A DNA stretch of 64,000 bases from Isurus oxyrinchus (taxonomy: Eukaryota), in contig JANJGN010000007.1 in the NCBI GenBank assembly GCA_026770705.1, positions 141,980,001-142,044,000 on the forward strand. The letters are read 5' to 3'. The translations under genes and the position numbers were made by a program. This document shows, in pieces, positions 47,401 through 59,219 of the stretch. Below the pieces are notes generated by a model. It was given only the letters and a program-made list of their open reading frames with translations, was not told the DNA's origin and made no database searches. Within the stretch, counting starts at the first letter, position 1, and every line of letters begins with the position of its first letter.

Positions 47401-50400
47401 TTCTGTCTGCAATCAATTCTGCTGGCATAGTGTATGTATTTTACAATGCCTTGCACCTAAAGTTCTGGTCCTCAACACCAGTACTGTACCATATTGCCCA
47501 AATATTCTAGGTGTTGTGGAAACTTTCTCTTTAACTTTACAAATAAGAATATATACCCTTTAAATGTTTACTTCTTGACTAAGGTGGTTCCAGGTTCGAT
47601 TCCTGCCCTCTGCAGGAATCTATAATAGGGTGGGTGTGGGCATACCGAAATTTACCTCAGCATCCATGTTGTCTGCAGAAACCCTTACTGAAAGTCAGCA
47701 TGAGTGAATGTCACAAAGGACAGGGTCAGTCTCAGCTGCTTTACTCTCAGCTCATGCATGAGGAATAGGGAGCAAGAGACACCCATTGCACCGCACTTGA
47801 GCAAGGAGCCAATGCTTTAAGAAAGGAGTGGAGAGAAACTTGGTAGAATAAAAGGGTAAAACATTATTTCTTTTCCTGCTACCAGTTATGGCCCTGAAAT
47901 TCCACAGGGTTCTCCCAATTTTCCTGCTATGGGGTTCTTAGAGAAATGGCAGAAGTTAATCATTTACACCATTTTTCCACGGGTTTCACCCTGCTTCCTC
48001 CTGGAGAACCCAGTAGAAATTCCAGACCTGTGAGTATGAAGTCCTAAGGTAACAGATGTGGGTATGACCAACTTTTGGCATACTCATTACATTACTCAGC
48101 ATTGGAGGCATTAGAGAACTTCACTCAAAAAGAACAGACATTGCTACTTCGACCTGCACTAAGATATAGCATTTTAACTTTTAGCATTAACTTATTCAGA
48201 AAAGGTGACTCTATTACCTGTTCACTAGAACAGAGACAAGCAGAAGTGGGTAAAATAAACAATAATACTACCCTTGCAGAAATATGGGGAAAAAGTTGTT
48301 CTGGAATGAGCATTATTTAATCTGTGATAAAGAGAAAATAGTTAGTGCTTCAGACCATGATATCAAGTTGCCAGACAAAACATTTGCAAAATTATATGAC
48401 AGTTGAATTAAGCCATTCATTTTTGTGCTTATGCCATCTTATTAGCTACAAAATTTCAAATCTTTTAGACAGCTTAGTTTGATTGAGGATAATGTTTGAT
48501 TTTAAATTATTTCATATCATTCTTAACAGGTGCTTGTGACAATACTGGATATTTTCCATCACAAATGAAGCGCACAGACTGGGCAATACATGCAATTGAA
48601 GAAGGTCGTCGGACTGTGGTTAATTACATCAGTCCTAACATACTTCCACTCTTAAATCTTTTAATGAATAAGAAAATAATCTCTGAAGATGACCATAATG
48701 TAATAAACGATAAACCAGACGTTGATAAAGGGCGAACTCTTCTCGACATGTTGAGCCACAGAGGTCAGCAGTCGTGTGCTGATTTTCTCACTGCGCTGAC
48801 AGACACTGAAGACGTTTATCCTGGCTTAAAGAAGTTTGTAACAACACTGCTGGAATCCTACATTGATAAAGATGACAGGCCAATTATTGATCTTCTCCAT
48901 GAAAACCTACCAACTGTTTTATTTGAGGGCACCAATGAAAAAATCCAAATAACCAATTTCCCTGAAGGTAAGTGTGATTCGTCAAAGATAATCTCTTGCA
49001 TGTAATGAGTAGGTATCTCCATGTTTAAGGTTCCAGTATCAGTTTGGACCTGTTGATTTGGAAGTTCTTTAATATTGATGGATGGAAATACAATTTAAAC
49101 TCCAATACGTATAAAACAGACTCTGTATTATTATGGATATGGATTTTTCTAATGCTTGATTTGAAATCTTCACACATAAAGGGGATGATTTTCATCCCCA
49201 TTTTTGAAAGCGGTAGCCGCAGCAGGAGACCTCCAACATCAGTCTTCAGCCACAGTTGCTTGCAAGTAATTTGTTGAACATCACTTCTCTTAAATTGATC
49301 CTTTCCTCATACTCCCCTTCTACTCCTCATCCAGTTAACCATCTGATCTAAGTCATCCATTGACCAATTACAAACTTCCACCCTGGTAATCATAATTGAC
49401 ATATGTGCCATCTAGTTTTATTGAGTCACGGTTACACTGAAGAACTCAATAGGCTTCATTGTCTTTGGTTTCTGGTCTTAGCTGGTTTAAGTTGCCTTCC
49501 TTAGGATTTTCTGGATTGGGTTAGATGAAAGCCATGACAACATAGTTGTGCGTGGTACATTGGAGAGAATGAGCTTCTTGAACAATGAACTCCTTTTGAT
49601 TCCATGCTTTCTTATGTTCCTGTACTCACAGTGCAACAGCTCACTTTTTATGCAGTGGAAAACTTGTATTAGTATATATGTCACATTGTGTTTAATTCAT
49701 GTAGTGTTCTTATTTTTACTGAGTAAAAATATACTTTAAAGAACAAGTTCTATGCCAGATTTGCAGGACGTACATTAAAAATGAATCCATAATTATATCC
49801 AAGATACTAGGTAGAGATTACATTTTTATTTTGGAACCATGGCTCTGTCAGAATCTTTCTAGGAATTTGAAAGAAATGGAATATTTCCTTTCTTTGAAAG
49901 CAAAGCTGTTTTAATGTGATATGATATGTGAAATGTGGTGCAAGCTGAAATTAATTGCATTGTTTTAAGTATAATTATTTTTAAGTCATCCATAACAATT
50001 CATATTTGCTACATTCAGAACGAGTCCAGAATTTGTGTCACTTTGCAGATGATCGCACAAATGCAGGTTGTGTCTTGAAGATATTATGGGACAATCAAGC
50101 TGTTAAATACTCCTGCTAACTGATTTTAAAAATATACTGTGTTTACTACTTAGTGGAATGGAATAGATTATAGTTTAAACAAGCTTGCTGGCACCTTCAT
50201 ATATTTCTACAAGAGACATTTTAATTCTTAAAATGAACTACATTTTATCAGATGGCTTGCATTCCTTTGCACACACAATGGGTGGGATTTTACGGTCCCA
50301 GTCGCAGGCCAGACATACCAGTGCCACCGAAGTCAATGAACTTTCGGCAGACTCACAGCAGCGGGGCCGGAAAATCCTGCCCAGTGAAAGCCAGGTTCGA

Positions 50401-53400
50401 ATTATTTGCCTTCCAGGTAAGCCTTCATTCTTGTAGGGCAAAGCCGTGTAGCAGATGTTGTCCCATTTCATTGGACACAAACGCCGATCTCCTGGGTTCA
50501 ACATAAATCAACCACATAGACCAAGAAAGATTAAATTTGTTTTCTGTGATTTGGATTGTACTTCTTTTCATTTTGTGTCTATTGTATTAATTTATCATAT
50601 GCGTAACATCCAAAATTTGGTGACACGGGGGTATGTGTCAATTCTGTTCTCCACTGAGGAGCCCTGTTCATTATGATAGAATATGGAGGCTCCACTGTGG
50701 CTCATTACTTTTCTCTTGTAATTACAGAAATCTCTGAAGCAGTGGCCACACATAAATACACATTACTAGCACAGATGGAGAGAATAAAGCCATACTTTGT
50801 ATTTGATAACTCCAGACCATTGCTGCAGGAACATTTCACCAGTCTAGTCATTCTCAATGTCCGAGAAAGGAATAAAACTGAACATGAACTCCTGCAACAC
50901 AGAGACTACACAGCGTGCGAGCGTATAGATTTAAAACAGCTTCTTTCACCATCTGCACCTGGGGAAAAGCCACCTCGAGTCACTCTAGTGCAAGGAGTGG
51001 CAGGTATAGGCAAAAGCGTTATGATGCAAAAGCTCACTCATAGTTGGGCCTGTGGAATGATTTATACTGGATTTTATATACTGCTTTATTTCAATTTTCG
51101 GGAGTTAAACACAATCAAGGAAAAAATTAGCCTGACCCAGCTTATTGTACATAGTTACCCTCATCTGAGAGCATTGTGCAATAAGATACTGGAATTTCCT
51201 AGCAGGATCCTATTTTTATTTGATGGATTGGATGAATTCAAATTGTCTCTTGAATTTAACAACCATTCAATTGTTGACCCATCCATTGCTCAACATATTA
51301 ATCATTTGCTTGTAAGTATCATAAAGGGAGACCTTGTTCATGAGGCAACTGTCCTTATTACGTCCCGCCCAACCACAATCGATTTAGATAACAAAACATA
51401 TTTTAATCGATGTGCTGAAATTTTAGGATTTTCTAAAAGGGAAATTGCTGCATACTTTTTGAAGTGCCTCAAGGATAAAAAAGTTGCTGACCATGTCTTT
51501 CGAACAGTGAAGAGCATTGATTCTTTGTTTGGACTTTGCTATGTTCCTGCATTTTGTGATATCCTGTGTTTCTACCTCCATAAATCCTTTCACTGTAAAG
51601 GCAGGTGGTCTCAGATCTCTTCCTTTCCCAGGACAATCACCGATTTGTTCCTCAGATTCACCAAGTGTTTACTGATCTGTAACAGTGATGAGGAAGATGA
51701 CCCTGAGTCCTTCTGCATAGAAGATGATGAAGACAAAAATGAAATAATTAAATTAGCAGAACTTGCATGGGATGGAATCGTCAATAAAACAATAATTTTC
51801 TCAGCAAAAGACATTGAAAGGAACATTGCCAAAAATCCCCAGGACAAAAAATCCTTCTGGAAAAAAATTCTCACCAAAGAGAGCTTGAAAATGATGCAAT
51901 CCCACATTTGGCAATTTTTCCATCTGACACACCAGGAGTTTTTTGCAGCACTTTATTGCATTTCTGCAAATGAACCTGGTGTGGATCATGTGCATAAAGC
52001 CTTCAGTTCAAAGAGTAATGTATTTGAGATTGTACTGAGGTTCACTGCTGGCCTAGTCTCTCATAGCAACAGAAAACTCGTGAAGCAGTTGCTGCCTCAA
52101 CACCAGGTTAAAGAAAGAGAAGTCTTTGATGCTATCAAAAATGTTGCTGCAGTTGAAGTTCCAAAAGAAGACACGCTAACTCCAGAAAATATTACAAAAT
52201 ATACAGTGCACAAAAGACAAAAACTAACAGCCTCGCATTGTCTCTATGAAGCGGCAAATGAAAATTTAACACAACTAGTTGCCTCCCAAACCAGTGATGT
52301 TGTAAATTTTTCTTACATTTCTTTGAATGTGACTGACTGCACTGCAATTGCAAACCTCCTTTCTTACCATACCACGATTGAAACATTGGAATTAGATGGA
52401 TGTAAAGCTGGAGCTTCTGGTTTCCAAAGACTGGAGTCTGTTTTCTCAAAAGTCAAGACATTGAGGTATTAAATTTTGTTTTTTAGATATGAATTAGAAG
52501 TAACAAAATGCTTTGGCATGTTAGTGATTCAGCCACTGTGTCTTTTAAAGATAATCCTACTAAACTTTTATTAATGTAAACATTGTTAATATTCTATGTC
52601 CCATCAACCAAATAGATGAGTCTTGCACCTTGCATTTAAATGATACTATAAATAATCTACACACATGCTAAAGTAAATATTAAGGTTGCTTTATGGCTTT
52701 CAAATTGAGTTGTTCTGCAATTGATCCATTTATATTGTGGCTAATATTTTCAAATCTTTACTTAAAATTCATATATTTTATATTGAACGTTTTTAAAATA
52801 GCAAAAACACAACATGAAAACATTAATATTTGCTCACATATATTCATTTAATTTGTGATTAAACATAGTATTAGAGGGAAATGGTCCAACACACTTGCTA
52901 ACAGGCTACATGAACACCTTTAGTTTAAAATGCTTAGACAGTTGCTGTAAATACTATGATCGTTTACTGAAAGTTGGGGTCTAGCCTAAGATATTTTCTC
53001 TGGCACAGTGGTGTTGGGCAAGATAGCACTGTCATCTCTGAGTCAGAAGGCTGTGGGTTAGATTTAAGCATATATTTCAGGATGACACTCTACTGCAGTA
53101 CTGACGGGTTGGTACACTGTTGGAGGTGCTATCTTTTGGATGGGCTGCTAAACTAAGGCCCTATCTGCCCCCTCAGGTGGATGTAGAAGATCCATCATAC
53201 TATTCGAAGAAGAGCAGGGGAGTTCTCTGTGGTGTCCCTGCCAATTATTATCCTTCAGCCAACATTACTAAAAAACAATTGTCTGATCGTTATCTCATTG
53301 TTGTTTGTAGGAGCTTGCTGTGTTCAAATTGGCTGTCACATTTTCTGCATTATAACAGTGACTACACTTGAAAAGTATTTCATTGGCCATAATGCATTTG

Positions 53401-56400
53401 GGACATCCTGAAGTCATGAAAGCCACTTTATAAATGCAAATCTTTTAATAAAATTTAAAGATAAATGCTAAGTAAACTCTCGCAAAATATTTAAGGCCTG
53501 AAATTCTTTGGGGTTCTACCAGTCTCTATATCTATATCTAGCAAGAGATCAGTGACATGCCTAGGAAAATGACAATAACTGTTTAGCTGTACCCCAATTT
53601 CAGCCCATTTGTTGTTAAAAACCTCATCCATGCCTATGTCACCTCTAGATTTGACCATTCCAATGTTCTCCTAGCTAGCTTTCCATCCTTCATCATTCAT
53701 TGAACTTCAACTCAACAAAACTCTGCTGCCTGTATCCTAACCTTACTCGCCCATCATATCTTTTCTCACTGACCTTCATTGGCTCCTGATCCCCCAGTAC
53801 CTCAAATTAATTTTCATCCCCTGTTTAAATCTCCCCATATTTTTACCCTTTCAAACTTCTCTAACTTGCCACAACTCTGCTTGAAAACTCTATTCTTCTA
53901 CCTTTAGCTTTTTGAGCATTTCCCCACCCCTTCACCCCATGATTGGCAAAGGTGCCTTTCAGCTCCTGTGTTTTGGAGTTCTGTTCTTACACCCCTTTGC
54001 CTGAGCAGCCCTTTTTCTCCTAAAAAATCTTGCTTCCATAGCTCAGCCTTTGGTCAGCCCTCTAATATCGCCTCTTTTTGCTCATCATCGAGTTTTCCCT
54101 TATGCCTTCATTAAGTGCTTTTGAATATTCTTCTATATTAAAGCTGCTATATAAATACAAGTTGTTGTTGCTAGGTGTGAGTAAGAGACAAGAAGAAAAA
54201 AATTCTGTTTAATAAGTGAGAACATGCTAGCACTGCTTAAATTGAATGATTGTAGCTCAGTAAGTGAATATTTAACTACTTTAAAAATACATTCTGCATT
54301 CACAAAGGTAGAGCTAACAAAAAGATGATGTTTTAACTTACAGTTTAGAAGGAAACATGCTGGAGGATGAAGGAGCAGAGATCATTGCGAATGCACTCAA
54401 AAGTGAAACATGTAGAATAGAAACCTTAAGGTAAAATTCCTATGTCTGTTTCACTTTTGTACATTACATCATTAAAATGGCACAATAGTAAAATTAAAAA
54501 TGAACTACAAGTTTCAGTTAAGTACAAAAATATAGACAAAAGATTGAAAATTGATTGGAAAAAAATATTTGTTGGGAGTTAAGATTCACAGCCCAAGAGT
54601 GACAAAGTTCATTATGAGCCCTTTCCTTCAGCAGTTATCTCATAACGATATGATCAGAGATTCATAACTTAAATGGCGGCTCGAAGGGCTGAATAACCTA
54701 CTCCTGCTCCTATTTTCTATGTTTCCCGATTCTAGTGACAAGCAGTGTTATACATACAACAAACTATGAAATAAACTTTAACACATAAAAATAACTGCTT
54801 TCTATTTGGTCTATATTGTAAGAACTTGCATTTCATTTTTCTACGGCAGTAAATAATTCCCCACATGCCATCCAATGCTGATAACTAGACTAATCAGGAA
54901 TACTTCCAAACCAATTATCATTAAATCAGATGCTATAATTGAGATGATGGAATATTGTGTTTGCACATAATATTTGGATATTGCTAACTTCAAGTCCAGA
55001 CATATGGTACAAATGATACAGTGACTCAATGCCTGGATTCTTCCCAGGTTGAAACACAATTCCATAGGAGAGAGAGGAGCAGCCCAAATAGCTGAAGCAT
55101 TGAAAACAAACAGCAGTCTGAAAACATTGGGGTATGTATTGAACCTGGCAAATTAGAATACTTGTCAAACTTTCCAGAAAAAAATGATTTTGCTGCATGC
55201 CTGTCATGATGCATTTAGTTCTCTTACTTTTAACTAAATCCTTGTTTTCACTAGATTAAGAGCAAACACTGTCCGTGCCAAAGGTGCCCATTCAATAGCT
55301 AAAGCTCTGGAGATCAACACAACATTGCAAGTTTTCGGGTAAGTTTTTTTTTCTATGTAAATTGTTTTTTTTTATGTGCAGTACTTTGCTACTTACTGAA
55401 CTTCAGGGTTGCACTATTTGCTTTGAAATCTCCATAATGGCTTTTTATATTGACCAGCAGGAACTCTATATTTGTTAAAGTGTTAACATTTAAATTTGTG
55501 AATTTTGTTATTTGGGTTTTACGAAAACTAAGATAAAAGCAATAAACTTATGTCACCTAGCTGTAACGTTATACACAATTACATTATCAAGTAATTAATG
55601 AAAGAATTGTCCCTCACATTTCTTGATAAAAATATGGTCTGAACCCCCTTGGGAGATGTGCTGTGTCACCACCATTTCTTCAATACCTTGTAAGGCACAT
55701 AATTTCCTGCAAAGCAAATGACAACCACTGATGGAACAATTGGCAGACTTCCTATAAGCTAGGAGTTCCCACTATACAACTCCAGTGTGACCCAGTGTAT
55801 TGATGACAGCTGGTATGCAGAGGCATACTGGCCTCCATAAAGGTGATTATGGACCAGATTGGCCTCCTTGTCCTTAAGACTATTGCCAGAGGTGCTGGGA
55901 AGTGGCATTGGGCAACCCTCTTTCCCAAAGGGCAAATCAGCACCAGAGTTCCTGCCAGACATGGAGAGACTGTTGCTGAAACAGCCTTACGCCTGACCAA
56001 TGGAAATAAGATTCCTTTTGGTTCACCCTGCAAACTAGTGAAATAGGTGCCACTCGAGGAATTTTGGAGCCAATAAACTCCTCCACCCACCAAGGTAGTC
56101 AGGCAAAATCCAAGCTTACAACCTGTATAATTAGGTTTTGGTTGATTTGCATACCTGGCAATTTTATGGGTCCAACAACTCATGACTCTGTATGGGATAT
56201 GTATTCCAAGAGTTGACATTCTCATTTTGTTTTGGTTCAAAGTTTGCTTAGATTTTTTTTTTACAATTTATGTCAAAAAACATGCTAATCCTAAAGTGCT
56301 AAAATTGAAAATTTGGTATGATTTCAATGTAATAGAAAGTTATGTTTAAGTTTGATTATTTTATCAGCTTTTTGGAACTGTGCCTTTTGTGAGAAATTTA

Positions 56401-59122
56401 GTATTCCTTCCCTCACCCACTTTATCACACACTATCCCAGATAGAGATATGAACAAATTACCTGCTGCAGATTTCCATATAATATGATGATCTTTAGGAA
56501 ATCTGCAAGGGCCAGGTTGGATAGTTATTTCTCTGCCCTTTTCCTTCCCTCTTGTGGCCTTTACTTGACGCGGCCACCATGTCATAACAGGACTCACCAC
56601 ATGAGAGGATGCAAGCATGAGCCTGCAGTCTACAAATTGATGGCACAACACATTGGTGCTCTAAAGCCTTGCACCATCATTCCTGAAAAGTCCAGCTTTC
56701 CTTTTTCTTCCCCTGTTTCTCCCCTCTCTTGAAGGCACAACTTCCTTTTGCAGGATGTAAAATGTACATGGCTGTACTTCTTCATGCACAAGTCTAGATA
56801 GTAAGCATTTGCAGGCTTTTTAAACAAAAAAAATATTGCAAGTGTATCTAAACCTGAAATAAAAGCAAAATACTGTGGATGCTGGAAATCTGAAACAAAA
56901 ACAGAAAATGCCAGAAGAACTCAGCAGGTCTAACACCATCTGTGGAGAGAAAAAAAAGAGTTAATATTTCGAGTCCATATGACTCTTCTTCAGGGCTTTG
57001 AAGGAGAGTCATACGGATTTGAAACATTAACTCTGTTCTTTTTTTCTCTCCACAGATGCTGTTAGACCTGCTGAGTTTTTCCAGCGTTTTCCATTTTTGT
57101 ACCTGAACCTGATACTGTCCATTTCTGTAGGCTACGGAGCAGAAGTCACAGCATCAAAACCTAGAACGTTTGGCTCATTATCATTTTCCCTCTTTCAGCT
57201 ATGGGCACTGATCCAACCATAACATTCCATCACTGCCTAAAGTTAAATCAGCACAGGTTGAAGATTGAATCTGGGAGCTTAGTGATCTTTATGGCTTTGT
57301 TCCACACTTCTCACTGTTAATAAACGGAGTTATTTTGGAGCTAAGAGTGCAGTTTCCATTATAGAAGAGCATTTAAATATATGTCTTTGTCCTATTTCAG
57401 CTTACAATTAAACAAGATAGGGGACGAAGGCGCAAAGTACATGGCACAAGCATTAAAAAAAAATCGCAGTTTGATTGAATTAAGGTAAGTGCTCAAATTT
57501 AAACTCACAGAAGAACATTTTCTCTAATCCCATCTCAAACCATGTACGTTTACTTTCATATTAGAACTTGAGTTTGATTTTACAAATAGATGCTAATTGG
57601 CTCATGCATTAGCACTTGCCTGGCTGCTCATATGCTGACCCTGGCTAATTTTTGCAATGAGCTTCAATTTTATTGGATAATATTTAATGGAGGTGACAAG
57701 AGTCTCACCCGCCATTTAAACAACCAGCCTGAGGCCCTTGCCGCCTCTTTTTGGGAAGGCCTGCCAAATTAAGTGCCACTCAGGCACTTAACTGGTCAGT
57801 GGCAGGCCTTCCCCAGGATCAAGGACCCCGGGCCAGAAGTCCCACCCACCGGGAGCTGCTGGCCAATCAGAGGCCAACGGTACTTCATTGTTCAGCAGCG
57901 CCACCAGGGGGCAATGACTCCTGATGGTACTACACTCACACAAGGCCTAAGATCACCAAGGGATCTTAGTTTGAGTGATGGCTGGGTGGGGATCGCCAGG
58001 AAGGGACCGCAAAGGGTTGGCAGCAAGGATGGTGGGTGGCTCTCAGCAGGCCCCCCCTTCCCGAAGCTGGGTCCCTTGGTCAGGCACTGAGTGCCTTTGA
58101 ACAAGGGACCCTCCCAGAAGCCCACTGGGTTAAAATCCTGGAACTCCCTTCCTTATAGCACCATGGGTGTACTTACACCACATGTACTGCAGCAGTTTAA
58201 TAAAGCAACTCACCACCTCCTTCTCAAGGGCAGTTAGGGATGGGCAATAATGCTGGCCCAGCCAGCGAAGCCCACATCCCGAGAAAGAGTAAACAAAAAT
58301 CACTGTGTTAGGATCAAGGCGCACTTCCAAGCTAACTCATTCTTTCACAGGACCATAAGACTGTGGAAATCTTTACCATCTGTTCAGTCTTTCCTTCCTC
58401 TTTCTATCTTCAGCTTTTTAAAATTCAAGTTTGGCATAAACTTCCTGATTTACCTCAACACTCCATTTCCTCTTTTCAACTTGGAAGTTGTGTGCACGAT
58501 GGACTTAGCTTTTCAAATTGATCTCTCAATTTAGTTATTTGTTTTTAATTTAATCTAATATGCAAGACAGATTTTATGACAGATGGCTCCTGCACTCACT
58601 CAATCCCACAGCTATTTTGTTTGGCAAGTAACTGCTTTTATTGTCAACCTGTTAGTGAATAATATAGCCATGTATGTATTGATTACTCTGTTTAAAATTC
58701 AACTTAAGTATTTCAACATTTTTAGCATTCCTTTATCTTGTGGTGTCCTGAGTGAAGAAGTTTAATTTAACAAGAGAGTTAGTTACTAATTTAAGAACAA
58801 GTGCTATGTTTCAAGTTTTATTTTTTATTCTTGCCAAAACTATTAACGCTTTCATTTGCATTTTTTTTATCATTTTCCATTAAATAATGGAAGTAATTGT
58901 TCAGAAAGGCTCCATTAAAACAAATGTGTTACATTGTTTTGTTATTCTGTGATTCTTCATATTTAAAGGATTTTATTTTACATGTTACCTGTACCATGTG
59001 GGTTGCTGAATAATAAAATGGACAATACTTGTCTGTAGGCTTGGAGACAATGATATCACTGAAAAAGGAAGTGGTTACTTTCGAAGTGCTTTAGAAGTGA
59101 ATGGCACACTGGAAGAGTTGTG
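35416..59122 (+). CDS. Predicted type I transmembrane Ig-NLR fusion protein (SP-IgV-IgC1-TM-IgC1-like-CARD-NACHT-LRR), 3' end not found in window
   Basis: Exons 35416-35467, 38848-39186, 41172-41501, 43635-43745, 44564-45001, 48530-48967, 50728-52465, 54344-54430, 55048-55131, 55255-55338, 57401-57484, 59039-59122. All GT-AG, phase 1 up to the NACHT exon and phase 2 through the LRRs, with no stop over 3869 nt. Confidence 0.8.
36152..36162 (+). promoter_or_regulatory. Second ISRE-like motif in intron 1
   Basis: GAAACTGAAAC (reverse complement GTTTCAGTTTC). Confidence 0.4.
37196..38252. mobile_element. TIR element with a nested CR1 3' fragment (about 37255-37740)
   Basis: TIRs GGCCCAGATCTTCCGG / CTGGAGGAGCTGGACC, AAT TSD; homologous copy at 60062-60777. 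Confidence 0.65.
38848..39186 (+). CDS. Ig-NLR exon 2: Ig V-set domain (B7/B7-H6/tapasin-like)
   Basis: [10 protein letters not shown]...IEW...[21 protein letters not shown] (canonical C-W-DxGxYxC); three N-glycosylation sequons (NAT, NAS, NVT); phase 1-1. Confidence 0.92.
39595..41070 (+). mobile_element. CR1 RT 3' fragment, interrupted at about 40463-40800
   Basis: [33 protein letters not shown]. Confidence 0.85.
41172..41501 (+). CDS. Ig-NLR exon 3: Ig C1-set domain
   Basis: [15 protein letters not shown]...NQDGTF...[13 protein letters not shown]; phase 1-1. Confidence 0.92.
43635..43745 (+). CDS. Ig-NLR exon 4: transmembrane helix
   Basis: ttgcatttttatag|GA...AAAG|gtaaat, 111 nt, phase 1-1; [37 protein letters not shown] (23 uncharged residues followed by a basic stop-transfer motif); absent from the supplied ORF track. 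Confidence 0.85.
44564..45001 (+). CDS. Ig-NLR exon 5: degenerate C1-like Ig domain (predicted cytoplasmic)
   Basis: VAPKV...[17 protein letters not shown]...[11 protein letters not shown]...[10 protein letters not shown]; F-strand Cys replaced by Phe; long polar insert; phase 1-1. Confidence 0.82.
46403..46949 (-). mobile_element. Young 5'-truncated CR1 insertion
   Basis: Uninterrupted [11 protein letters not shown]...[14 protein letters not shown]...WNSLP; TSD GAGTGA. Confidence 0.9.
48530..48967 (+). CDS. Ig-NLR exon 6: CARD (death-fold) domain plus linker
   Basis: [12 protein letters not shown]...[19 protein letters not shown]...[24 protein letters not shown]...YPGL fits the CARD helix pattern; phase 1-1. 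Confidence 0.85.
50728..52465 (+). CDS. Ig-NLR exon 7: FISNA-like segment, NACHT NTPase, HD1/WH/HD2 and first LRR
   Basis: Walker A GVAGIGKS (50994-51017), FNFRELN, Walker [10 protein letters not shown], sensor [31 protein letters not shown]; ends TTGAG|gtat (phase 2). Confidence 0.95.
53005..53450 (+). mobile_element. Deu-domain SINE
   Basis: GAGTCAGAAGG head; ...GACTACACTTGAAAAGTATTTCATTGG...GGGACATCCTGAAGTCATGAAAG...ATAAATGCAA tail. Confidence 0.65.
53590..54172 (+). mobile_element. L2-like LINE 3' fragment
   Basis: [18 protein letters not shown] motif; GCTATATAAATACAAGTTGTTGTTG tail. Confidence 0.7.
54344..54430 (+). CDS. Ig-NLR LRR exon (87 nt)
   Basis: [29 protein letters not shown]; phase 2-2. 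Confidence 0.9.
55048..55131 (+). CDS. Ig-NLR LRR exon (84 nt)
   Basis: [28 protein letters not shown]; phase 2-2. Confidence 0.92.
55255..55338 (+). CDS. Ig-NLR LRR exon (84 nt)
   Basis: [28 protein letters not shown]; phase 2-2. Confidence 0.9.
56859..57100. mobile_element. Palindromic element made of two inverted Penelope 3' ends
   Basis: Arms are reverse complements of each other and homologous to 31285-31420; TSD ACCTGAA; relatives at about 31620-32050 and 59848-60050. Confidence 0.7.
57401..57484 (+). CDS. Ig-NLR LRR exon (84 nt)
   Basis: [28 protein letters not shown]; phase 2-2. Confidence 0.92.
59039..59122 (+). CDS. Ig-NLR LRR exon (84 nt)
   Basis: [28 protein letters not shown]; phase 2-2, ends in donor gtaaga. 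Confidence 0.9.
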
Positions 59123-59219
59123 GTAAGAATTTTATTTTATTTGTTCATGTGTTAAAAAAAGTTGTTCATTTAGAATTTATTGGTGGAAGGCTGACTTTTT
59201 ATTGGAAATTTGCATTTTT

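Noticed and set aside
47236-47430. Short ORF with a hydrophobic stretch as a TM exon
   Set aside because: Hydrophobic run too short and no good phase-1 donor after it.
50673-50727. ATG of the 599-aa ORF as the start of a stand-alone NLR
   Set aside because: The first 18 codons overlap a polypyrimidine tract and the acceptor at 50726-50727; it is an internal exon in phase with the CARD exon.
35416-59122. Assigning a symbol such as NOD1, NLRC3, NCR3LG1 or TAPBPL
   Set aside because: Only family-level motifs are recognisable; orthology needs a phylogeny.
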